Shown: piece by piece, positions 38,901-48,231 of the stretch
Layout: each line of letters starts with the position of its first letter
How positions within the stretch are numbered: the stretch's first letter is position 1
Assembly (NCBI GenBank): GCA_002633005.1
Contig: NMRA01000148.1
Location: 248,001-312,000, forward strand
Length of the DNA: 64,000 nucleotides
Reading direction: 5' to 3'
Source of the DNA: Phoronis australis
Lineage: Eukaryota > Animalia > Phoronida
Notes under the pieces: generated by a model
The model's database searches: none
Told to the model about the DNA's origin: nothing
What the model saw: the letters and a program-made list of their open reading frames with translations, nothing else
Translations under genes and position numbers: made by a program

Positions 38901-41900
38901 GTCAGTCCTACTGTGTTTATTGTGACAAAATCTGTCCCTTATAGCTAAAACGACTGAAACCGTTCCTTGAACGCGTAAAGAGAGTCATAATCTTGTTTAT
39001 CCAAACAAAAAATTCACAATTTCTTTTCAAAAAGGTGTCTTCCAAGATTTTGAGCACAGCAAGTTTCGTGTCGAGTTTATTAACATTCATGTTTCAATAT
39101 TTCAGGCGCACGGCTGATGTCAAATCTGTTGGTTACTCGGAACTAATTTGTTTAGCGAGAGAAGATGTGTTGTCCGCCTTAAAGGATTATCCTCAAGCTG
39201 AGGTATACGAAGCACCTAAGGGTTCTTAAACGAGTTCTTTTCTGCGCCTTGAAACGTGCTTATTCAACTGGCACTTTTGCTTAGTCAACGTGTAGTATTT
39301 CTTATTCAACGCACTGAGATGGTTCTTGAACTTAATATACCTATCTGTACTTATTTAACGCGTACTGTGGCTTATTCAACGAGTACTTTTAATCAGTTCA
39401 TATAGTCCAATCATGCCCGAGCTCTCAAATCTCAACATGATGGAACACTTTCTACATGCATGCCAGGCCAGTTCCAAAGATTGTTTAAAGTGGGAACGTA
39501 ACTGATGGCGACGTTAACATTGAACTGACTGTCTTTTATTGGACACAACAAATAACTAATTCAGCGCGTTGAATAACTAATTCAACCCGTTGAATAACTA
39601 ATGCAGCGCGTTAATTAAGCAAAACTACGCGTTGATTAGACAAAAGTGCTTGTTGAATAAGCGGATTTCAACGCACAGAAAATTACTCGTTCAAGAACCC
39701 TTTGGAGTTTCATAGCGGTATGGATTCGTTGAGATGGCTTTAAAATAAACTGTTTACCTATAACTAAAGGTTCGTGTGTCTATTTACGTAGATCTCTATG
39801 ATACGTTCTTAGTGACATTGAATTCTGTTTTGAACGATAACACATGTACAATTAGTTTCTATGATAAAAGCACTACGAAAAGAATCGTTTGATGTGCCTG
39901 CGTTTGAGCACTCAAACTGTGTTTTCTTATGCTGTTTTAACTTATGCTGTCTTTAGAAAGCATTGCTAGGACTATCTGGATCAATAGATCAATAATAACA
40001 GACGCCAAAAAATAAAAATGGTCACTGGGGGGCGCACATTATCTAGAATTGTCTGAAACTGGTAAGGTGTCGTCGTTTCAGTAAAAGAAACCTACTTGTT
40101 AAATTTTATGATAATCAGAACTTGGCAATATAGAGGTTAAAGTGACAAACTAAGTTTGCCACAAGGGTTATATGGTAGGGAATCTGTCTGAAAATTCACT
40201 CTTTCTGTCCTATGTATAATAGGAATATGTCTGTGCAATTTTACGACCTTTCATCATTATGATCTAGAAACCAATACATTGGTTCTTAGTTATGATCAAG
40301 GGTTTTGGAGACACAGCAGTGGACGCCAGGCGCCGGACGGATGGATGGATGGACGAACGGACAGACGGACGGACGGACGGACGGACGGACGGACGGACGG
40401 ACGGACGGACGGACGGACGGAGATGGCGGAATAATGGGCCCACAAATATAGATATGTGATGCGTAAAATTCTTTCGAGGAACGCTTTAAAGTCATGCAGC
40501 GGATGAATTTGTTCTCACGACGTTCTCACGATGTTCTCACGATGACTGCTTTGTTTTGTGCAGAAAATACTCACACAAAAAGCTCAGGAGAGATTACAGC
40601 AAATAAAACAATTAAAAGAAAAACGTGACAACGATGGTGAAACTGACGAGAGAACGGAAGCGTCGCCTGTTTCCTGCAAAGACATGATGGGAAGAGACAC
40701 AAGGTAAGACAACGGCATGGGCATGCGGAACACTTCCGGTATTTGATGATAATTTTGAGTTACGAAAATACCCGGCATGCGTTCCGTAGACACGAGAGCT
40801 ATGCGAATACACAAGATGACATAAGACTCCGGGAAATATTGCTATGCATTACATGCGAAGCACGTGACTTAACCATGTACCAGCTTCCTTACGTCTACTG
40901 AACTCAACCCCGTGGTGTCCCGAATGCCATCGAGTGTTCGTTTGCATCCGATATTTCTCGATACCTCAAAATTGAGTTTACGAATATACCCCAGGTTTTC
41001 CGAATGATTCGTCTGCGTATGCACATCAGACTTGATTCGTGAATGCTTTGAGGTACAGCAAGTCTTTAAAATGGAATAGTTGTGATGCCTTTTTCGTGTG
41101 TCAGTTGACCTTTCTCGTTTATCAATTTGATGGGCCTTCTGGAAGATGGGTGAAACGTGTAATAAGCTTTAAACTGTTAAGGAAACTATTTACTTTCCTT
41201 ACCAAAGATTTTTAAGTGAATTTTATCTCATAACTCACATTCGGTCGTTTTGCGTGGTTTTGCCTGGTCTTACTTTTTCGCGAGTGTCTTGCGTCTACGG
41301 AACGCAGGCCAGGTTTCACTTTATACATTGCATAAAATCCTAATTTTACCTACAGCCCCCATAAGAGCAGAAGCAATTTAGTCAAGGTTACGACAGGAAA
41401 CATGGAAAACGCTGACTTTCAAGTAAATATGGAGACGACTTCCGAAAGCCCACGAGAAGAGGCTCAAAGTGCCGACACAGAGAGAACCCTATCAGCTTTA
41501 TCTATGGTAGAAGGCCTTGACAAACCAGTTGCTTTACCGCCAGTGAAAATACCCAGTTTAGGGGTCCATAGTGGGTGAGTTAAAAAGCTCTGACTTGCTT
41601 CTGTATCCGCTTCACGTTTTGTCGATGTACCTTGAATGTAGGCCTACGTACCCAGGTCTTAATTGGAGAGAGAATTTTTCTAATCTAAGTGTATTTGATT
41701 TAATTAGTGAATCTAAATTGGACACACCTCATCTACTGTTTTGTACCATACTATTCTAAAATCTTGCTGATTGATTTTACTCCAGTTGATTTTACTCCAG
41801 TATTTTGTATGTAAGAGAATGCATTTTTAGTTTAAGCTTGAAACAGTAGCCTTAGAGCAAAACAAACTTCTAGTACTAGTGTCAACCAAACCCTAGACGA

Positions 41901-44900
41901 ATATTTTGTTCGTTTTTTTCAACTATTTGACAGAAGCACTCACCGATTTCCGTTTTATGTGTCCAAAAATTTACCCGTAAATTTCGTCCGGGTAGCCATT
42001 TGAACAGCACTGAAAGAATATTCTTATATGCATATGTAACAAGGAAATAACTCAATTCCTATTCCAACGATGAAACATACTTTAGAATATTTCTTCAAAA
42101 TTTACAGACAAAAAAATAATCTAGAGGTAGAACTGAAGAAAGTCGAAGAATCTTTGTCATCGGCCGTGCAAGCACTTGAATCAAAATTGGTAAGGAATTC
42201 TTTTATGTTAATGAATACACATGTGAAATGAATTATACGGTCTGCATTCCTTTGTAATGTACCTCTAATATTATTTGCTTTCTATAATTGTTTCCTTGTA
42301 TTTGCTAGGAAAACAGGCCCAGCCTGACATACCGGGGGTATTTTCATCAACGATAGTCGTAAACGAAAGCTTACAAGCGCGATCATGCAATTCGCATGCA
42401 AGTTAGGTCTGTCAACACTTAAACGCTCGTCTGTGCACGAGTCAAGATGCGACTGCCGTATACATCAAATTGAGTGTGTAGACAGTTGACAACTTTACGA
42501 ACTAAACGTCGTGAACAATGTCATGGTGTTCCATCGAAATTGGAACCCCGGTGTAAAACTGATACCCCGATGTCGAAAACAGGCTCCCGCACCTCCAGAA
42601 CAGCTAAACTGCTCGAAAAACACGAACCCGACCTTTAAACAGGAACCGACAGGGTGAACAATAAGAAATGACGTGTGCTGGTGTGGCGGACGCCAAACGG
42701 TCACAGAATCCAGCGGGATGATCCGCCATATAGAGCGTGAATGCGTTGAGTTCAGAAATTCCGACTCCAAATGCCGTTTTAATGATCGATGAGGAGTTGA
42801 AGTACACTGTTTTGAAGCCAAAAACGGTGAAATTGATGACGGTGTAGGTCCTTTGAGTGAATAATTCTTGGGGTCCATTTCAAAATTCGGAAATTGATTG
42901 TGCCGGGAATAATGTACTCTGGACAAGTAAATCGACGAACCCAAAAATTTGGCCAATTGTAAAGATATTTAAAGTAATTAATCAACAATTGCACTCTTAA
43001 GTCAAATATAATATTTTATTTTTCATTTTTGAAAATATTTTTGGAGAAACTAGCGAATAATCTTAAGATAAAACTAATCATTTACCGAGGTAACAATGTG
43101 TTGAGCGTAAATAGATTTATGTTGAAATTCATCCACAGACAAGTTGCACGAGTTTTACCGATAAAAACCAAACAACAAAGTCAATATAATGTAGGTTACG
43201 TTTTATTATTGACAATTTTTAACCAACAAACGCAGAAAACAACTGGAAAGTACTTGAAGATACTTTAACTCAAAGTTTGAGGCTACTGACATCGTCTCAG
43301 GAAATTTGAAAAATTGTACGGGTTTCTTGTCCAATCCCTCGGTTCCAGTATTATTGGTCGGAGTTCGCGTTTTTCGGGCTAGTTAGCTGTTTTGAAGGTA
43401 TGGGAGTCTGCTTTCGACTCCGGGATATCTGCTTTACACCGGGGTCCCACTTCCGATGGAACACCTTGAAAGTGTTACACTCGTGTGACATCTCAAGCTG
43501 ACACGAAAAGAACGAAAACCGAAAGCCTAAAACTGCATTTCGCCTCGTTAAGCTGACTAAAAAAAAACTCAAAAATAGAATTAGGTCTAAATTGCTGTCA
43601 CAAAATTGGCCCCACAATATTCCTTACTGTGGTAGGATTCCATTTCCGTTACCAACTCAAGTCGCAGGTAAGCATACTTGCGCCATTTTCGAATTTACTT
43701 GTGGTTTCAATGTTCTTGTTGAACACGTACTCTCTCTCTCTATCGGCAAGGAGCATTATCAGACCCCTTATATAAGAGTATACAAGTCCTAGTTCGATTT
43801 TCGGCAGCTAAAGAGAGCGAGATGCATCATAAAGCACATTACAGTTATACCTAACAAAGATGCAAAGGTCTGTATAAAAAACTCCCCATCTGTATTCTGT
43901 TTTAGACGTGGGAATTATACATTATATGAGCAGTGGGAAACTCAGTTTTGAATTTGTTTTAGGACACGTTACACTCTCAGAATGCCAAGATACAAGCTCG
44001 GTTGGAAGAAGAAAACTCAGAAACGAAACGGACACTTCATCAAATCATGGTAAAAACAAATTCACAGTATTTCATTGTAGGCTTCGATATGTTGACCAAT
44101 CCAAGCATCACATTTATACGACGTTCACATGATGTCCAATCAGAAACCACATCGGACGACTGATTCGATGTCACAAAAAATCGGGAGTATGTGAACGTCA
44201 GACGTCTGATCTACCATATTATCGTCTGATCCGACATCAGACAGCAGACCTCCTTACTATGCGTGAGAAGTTTACATTCCAATGACGTGATTTGGGTAAC
44301 ATGGGCTGTTGGTGATTGTCACCAACTGGAAAAAATGACAGCATTTTGCACGGATTCGGTGGGATGTCGTATGGTGAGAGGTACAACCACAATTTTCGGA
44401 GAAAAATGTCCTCACAAGCCCTAAAAACTTGAATGGCATGCCGACAGTGTTTTTTGGTTGTGTCCGTAAGGGAGGGGGATGGTGTGGGACCCCGTTACCG
44501 TCTATGAAAGTTATGCTAATTACTCGTAAGACACAGATGTTGCGCCTAAACATCGACTGGCGTATGGAGTTGCCTCACCTAAACCACAGTACAGAATATA
44601 GACAAAATGTAATGCCTCCCTTCTTGACATATCGCGCCAACAACCTCATTTTAATCTTAACTACAGCTGAACTCGCATTATTAAAGCTATTACGTCAGTT
44701 TCTCTTACAAATGATGCTTTCAAACTCCCCTTAAGTTTCAATTACTCATAATCGGACGGAGTATCAAAATGCATTTTCTTTGAAATGTGTTTGAAATATT
44801 TGATTGGACTTGAAATCTTTACAAATTTGTCCCAATGAGACCGTGCCTTGTCGGAAATAATAATTTTCATTGCAGAGAAGACGTGAAGATGGATAAAAGA

Positions 44901-45292
44901 AACGTCGATGTATATGATGTAAGGATGTTGCAAAAACCAACGAACTCAATAACCATGACTTTTAGATGACATTTTCAAACGTACATTGTCATCTTTTTAT
45001 CATACCAAAACAAATTAACTTTTTTTTTCAGAAACTACTCGAAAAGAAAAGCACGTCGAAACGGCTAAAGTCAGATGTAAAAAGCGACAGTGAAGAAACT
45101 GACAAAATCTCTCCGCGAAAATCTAAGAAACAAAATCAAACATCACTTGAAAAAGCAAGCACTGGAAAAGATGACAGAAAACGGGACAATGTTTCAGAGA
45201 CTATTGACTCGAGCAAAACTCAGCAACCTCGAGCCGCCAAAACGCCAACGACGTTAGAAAACGACATCTCGGTATCAGATATAGAGAGCTAA
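28617..45292 (+). CDS. Cyclic nucleotide-gated cation channel, alpha-like (invertebrate CG42260-like subfamily), whole gene
   Basis: join(28617..29920,32381..32439,34299..34360,35271..35359,35627..35735,36953..37107,37835..37921,39106..39202,40564..40703,41356..41574,42108..42189,43963..44049,45032..45292) = 2751 nt, 916 aa. Has S1-S6, pore WATLTLTAIGDLPPP, C-linker, and CNBD FFGEIGILNL...RRTADV. Start codon and last four exons are less certain. Confidence 0.9.
32020..32270. repeat. Degenerate (AAT/AGT/AGC)n trinucleotide tract
   Basis: aatagtaatagc... and gtagtagtagtagtc runs. Confidence 0.7.
32381..32439 (+). CDS. CNG exon 2 (S6)
   Basis: tttcag|G TTT...G|gtaagt; FLFTIASYLIGIFVFATVV. Confidence 0.92.
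33510..33758. mobile_element. Harbinger-like MITE family, copy 3
   Basis: ccttacgctccacacaag...ggagcgtaagacc...cactttcatgaaa-like end; similar to the 15031 and 22929 copies. Confidence 0.55.
34299..34360 (+). CDS. CNG exon 3
   Basis: ttttag|GC...CTG|gtaaga; GQVGNIITNRNAARLEFERLL. Confidence 0.92.
35271..35359 (+). CDS. CNG exon 4 (C-linker)
   Basis: atgtag|GAT...AG|gtaaga; DGAKSYMENHAVPKDVQVRVQRWYDYTWS. Confidence 0.92.
35627..35735 (+). CDS. CNG exon 5 (C-linker)
   Basis: ctttag|A...AAG|gtgagt; GRMPGQGGGDINSLGLLPDKLKAELALHVNLETLKK. Confidence 0.92.
36953..37107 (+). CDS. CNG exon 6 (CNBD)
   Basis: tttcag|GTT...AG|gtacgt; VSIFQECEPEFLHELVLKMKVYIFTPGDLVCRRGEVAREMFIIADGVLEVL. Confidence 0.93.
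37835..37921 (+). CDS. CNG exon 7 (CNBD phosphate-binding cassette)
   Basis: ttccag|C...AG|gtaagt; PTGDLIVTLSSGGFFGEIGILNLEEVVN. Confidence 0.93.
   Translation, partial: PHWGSYRYSKLWRILRRDWNTQFGRGCQ
39106..39202 (+). CDS. CNG exon 8 (CNBD)
   Basis: tttcag|G CGC...GAG|gtatac; RTADVKSVGYSELICLAREDVLSALKDYPQAE. Confidence 0.92.
39206..39714. mobile_element. Foldback MITE with ttcaac/gttgaa subrepeats, abutting the CNG exon 8 donor
   Basis: tacgaagcacctaagggttcttaaacgag matches the reverse complement of ctcgttcaagaaccctttggagtttcata; arms extend ~100 bp. Confidence 0.75.
40335..40421. repeat. (GGAC)n microsatellite, probably the 3' part of a Helentron/DINE-like non-autonomous element
   Basis: ~20 GGAC/GGAT units followed by a short hairpin (cacaaatat...atatgtg, ~40440-40460). 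This layout is typical of HINE/pearl-like elements. Confidence 0.75.
40564..40703 (+). CDS. CNG exon 9 (C-helix)
   Basis: gtgcag|AAA...AG|gtaaga; KILTQKAQERLQQIKQLKEKRD... Confidence 0.82.
41356..41574 (+). CDS. CNG exon 10 (low-complexity C-terminal tail)
   Basis: ctacag|C...GG|gtgagt; open frame, phase 2-2 consistent with neighbours. Confidence 0.68.
42108..42189 (+). CDS. CNG exon 11 (coiled coil)
   Basis: ttacag|A...TTG|gtaagg; QKNNLEVELKKVEESLSSAVQALESKL. Confidence 0.7.
42505..43485. repeat. Diverged inverted repeat pair (~130-bp arms at 42505..42633 and 43356..43485)
   Basis: ggtgttccatcgaaattggaaccccggtgtaaaactgataccccga versus tccgggatatctgctttacaccggggtcccacttccgatggaacacc. Confidence 0.7.
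43963..44049 (+). CDS. CNG exon 12 (coiled coil)
   Basis: ttttag|GAC...ATG|gtaaaa; DTLHSQNAKIQARLEEENSETKRTLHQIM. Confidence 0.62.
45032..45292 (+). CDS. CNG probable terminal exon (K/S/D-rich)
   Basis: tttttttcag|AAA CTA CTC; KLLEKKSTSKRLKSD...SDIES*. Confidence 0.65.
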   Translation, partial: KLLEKKSTSKRLKSDVKSDSEETDKISPRKSKKQNQTSLEKASTGKDDRKRDNVSETIDSSKTQQPRAAKTPTTLENDISVSDIES

Positions 45293-45989
45293 TATTGAAT
45301 GTTAACATCAATGAACAATTCATCTTATTGGTTCAAACAGCGTTTACACGGCATGTCAGAAAATCAACAGTTACTAAGTCGCCCGTCACGTTGTACGTGG
45401 TGTGAAGAGCCAACTGTTGGCAGTGTTATCTTACGATTTATTGAAGTCTGTCGTCAACCGTCCATGAGCATAATGTTTAACTTATTGATACATTATACAT
45501 TACATTCATTGTCTTTTAATCTATGTTGTGTTCCTTACAGACGATAAATAATTTAATAACGTACTTTCAAGAGACGCTATTCGCACGTTTCCTGTAGGCT
45601 AACTAACCTGAATCTTTGTAGATTTTTTTCTAAAAACTTACAACTTCGTCAAACCGAAGACTAACTAAGTGAGCAGAAACTACGTTCTTCGAAACAAATG
45701 ACGTTCTTTTATTTCGGTAGGTTACTGTTTCATTAAGTGCAACTATTGAGGTGGTTGCGTTTCAAATTATTGAATATTTTGAAAAGCGGCCTCTGGTGTC
45801 GTTCCGGTCTTCATTGTTCGAACTATCTCTCGCTGGCTATGGCCATCCAATCCTGTTTTGCTAGGAATTACTGAAATATGTATGCCTAACTGGACATCAA
45901 AAATTTCATAGTTTAGGTTATTAATTTCATTTGACAAATCCTGACATTGCCTGTCTGATATTCGGACCCCTGTTCTCCTATGATCAACT

Positions 45990-46432
45990 AATTTGCATAA
46001 TTTATTCAAAAGCCACCATTGTTAAAAATTCTGTTTCTGCTCTTAACTTCGTTACGGGACACAGTATGTAGAGTATTTAATATTTGTACTAATGTTTTCG
46101 CGTTCAATGAATTAAATGAAATTTGAGCAGGTCATTACATCATGAATTTGCATAATTTGCAATTCATTAGAGCCATTTCAAATTCTAATTTTCTTCGATA
46201 CCTACTGTAGATCTAGCAGATGATATTGTTAATTGCATAAACCTGTGGAAAACTGCCTAATCGAGTTGCAAATAATCATAAGACGTTTCAAATGCTAAAT
46301 CAATTATGTACAATGATGATGAGCACGAAAACACGAGTGAAAACACGAGAATAATCTACACGCAGTGTCCCGTAAGGAAGTTACGAGCAGAAACAGAGTT
46401 TTTAAAATGGTGGCTTTTATTTGCATAACTTA
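45990..46432. mobile_element. Foldback/MITE-like inverted repeat between the CNG and SLC26 3' ends
   Basis: aaaagccaccatt...ctgtttctgctcttaacttcgttacgggacac versus gtgtcccgtaaggaagttacgagcagaaacagag...aaatggtggcttttat. Confidence 0.72.
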
Positions 46433-47034
46433 TGGTGCAAATTTATCAGTGATTAACCTGCAAACTGATTTCATCAAACTCATTGACCGTTGAGACATGG
46501 GTGCAATTATCTAAGAGGACCCTTAAAAGTCCACCAGAAAAAATATTTTACACCTCGTGCGTGTTATGAAACGTGGCGACGTTTTGATAGTCAAGAAGTT
46601 AGTCTATTAGCGAATTCTCGTAACGTTTTCGTTACCTACAACAAAAACTTCGAAACTATCAGCTACTCAAGAAAATGTTTGGGAGTTTATTGGCGAATCC
46701 TAAAATTGCGAATTCGACTGTGGTGCATGTATGCATTGCCGGAGTCTTGAGTTGGTAACGGAAATAGCATCTTATCACGGCAAGGAATACCATGAGCCCC
46801 ATTTTATGATAGTAAATGGACCAGTTCGATTTTTTTGTAACAAGCTAAACAGGACGACTCTGTACCTTTAAGTATTGGTTCGACTTAATCGCTTTGTTTT
46901 ATTGCATGTTTCTTGCATCTTTACTCATGTCGAATGGCAAATTGTCATTCACCGAGGCTGGGACTAAAAATCAGAGGCAGCCCAGTCATTTTTCACAGTA
47001 ATAAGAATGGAAATGCCATAGTTTTTGGTTTGCT

Positions 47035-47388
47035 TTGAAGTATACTAAACCCCGTTTTGACGATTTCAACCAATCCTCGTTCTGTCTCCTGCTAATGCGT
47101 CATTGGTGTCAATCTTGGTAGATAAAGGCAACTAAAAACTCATACTCCCTATATCTCACAACTTAAACATTACGGTCCTGTGTCTTCTCCCACAGTTGCC
47201 GTGTAATTCGCTAAAACCGCAGGTCACTCTTGCCAATTTAGCAGACTTTGAAAAGAGTTTTAAATTTTTCCTCCAAACTTTTGGGGGTTGTCGAGAGTTA
47301 CAGAACATCATTTTGCTTCAGAGAACTGGATGGGAAAGTCGTTTTAGTATCTGTTAATAGGACTATGCCGGGTTTGGTATCCTTTTAA
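47035..47388 (+). mobile_element. Kolobok-like MITE, copy 1
   Basis: Ends gtatactaaacccc... / ...gggtttggtatccttttaa; colinear with 53120..53481. Confidence 0.65.
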
Positions 47389-48231
47389 GGGGTCTTATTT
47401 CCGGTTTGAGAGCTTATTTTTCCCATTAATTTAATATTTATAGAAATGGACTAAAGAACCGCTCACGATTATCGTCATTTTCAAGAGCGTACAACGGTAA
47501 CAGTTTTTCCCGATACTCCCACTCCCTCACCCCGAATGGTAAAAAATTTCATACGGTATAAACTATTGTATCTGCTTCCAAGTTAAATACCAGTTCTAGT
47601 TGGTTTGTATGGGAATGTTACATGGTATAAAATTAAAGCATTATTTTCAAACAATTCTTCGTCTAGTTTGCTTTTTTTTACCTGGTCTTAGGACTGGTCT
47701 TAGCGACACTCTGCTATTGGTTGTATCATGTTTTTACGACATTAAAAGCATACGCTAGCAACAAGTCCCTCCCCTGCCCTTAAAGCGCACGGTTTGTAGC
47801 CTCGTGCAAACGGTGATAATTGTGAATGGTCCCTAAAAAGGTTCCAAACACCTTTTGTAGTTAGCAAAATGTCCCAAATTGACCAAAACACCTTCAAAAA
47901 GTAACACCCCTTTTCTCCATGCAAATTGCCTCCTCCCCTGTGCTCCCAAAACTCCACGTGGTCTTGGTTTTTTAGCGAAAGTGAAATTTTTAAAAGCAAA
48001 AGAAGGAAATTCGACTACAACGAAAATACAGTTTTTAAAATGTTTCCCATCTAGGCATTGTTAGTACAACTTTTATCTATCATTATCTCTAAATTTCATG
48101 ATAATGTATTTTAATTCATATTTTAGTATTACAATACTGTACATTTGTGTTGACAAGATCAACTCAATCAATCGATCAGATTTCAAAAATATGATGACAG
48201 TTTTCTTGATCTCGCTTCTCTGAAATTTTTA

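Noticed and set aside
42495-42956. 153-aa minus-strand ORF
   Set aside because: No recognisable domain; overlaps an inverted repeat within a CNG intron.
44876-44918. Extra CNG exon (EDVKMDKRNVDVYD) with good splice sites
   Set aside because: Needs phase-2 entry but the preceding exon ends in phase 0, and I found no bridging exon. It cannot be excluded without RNA data.
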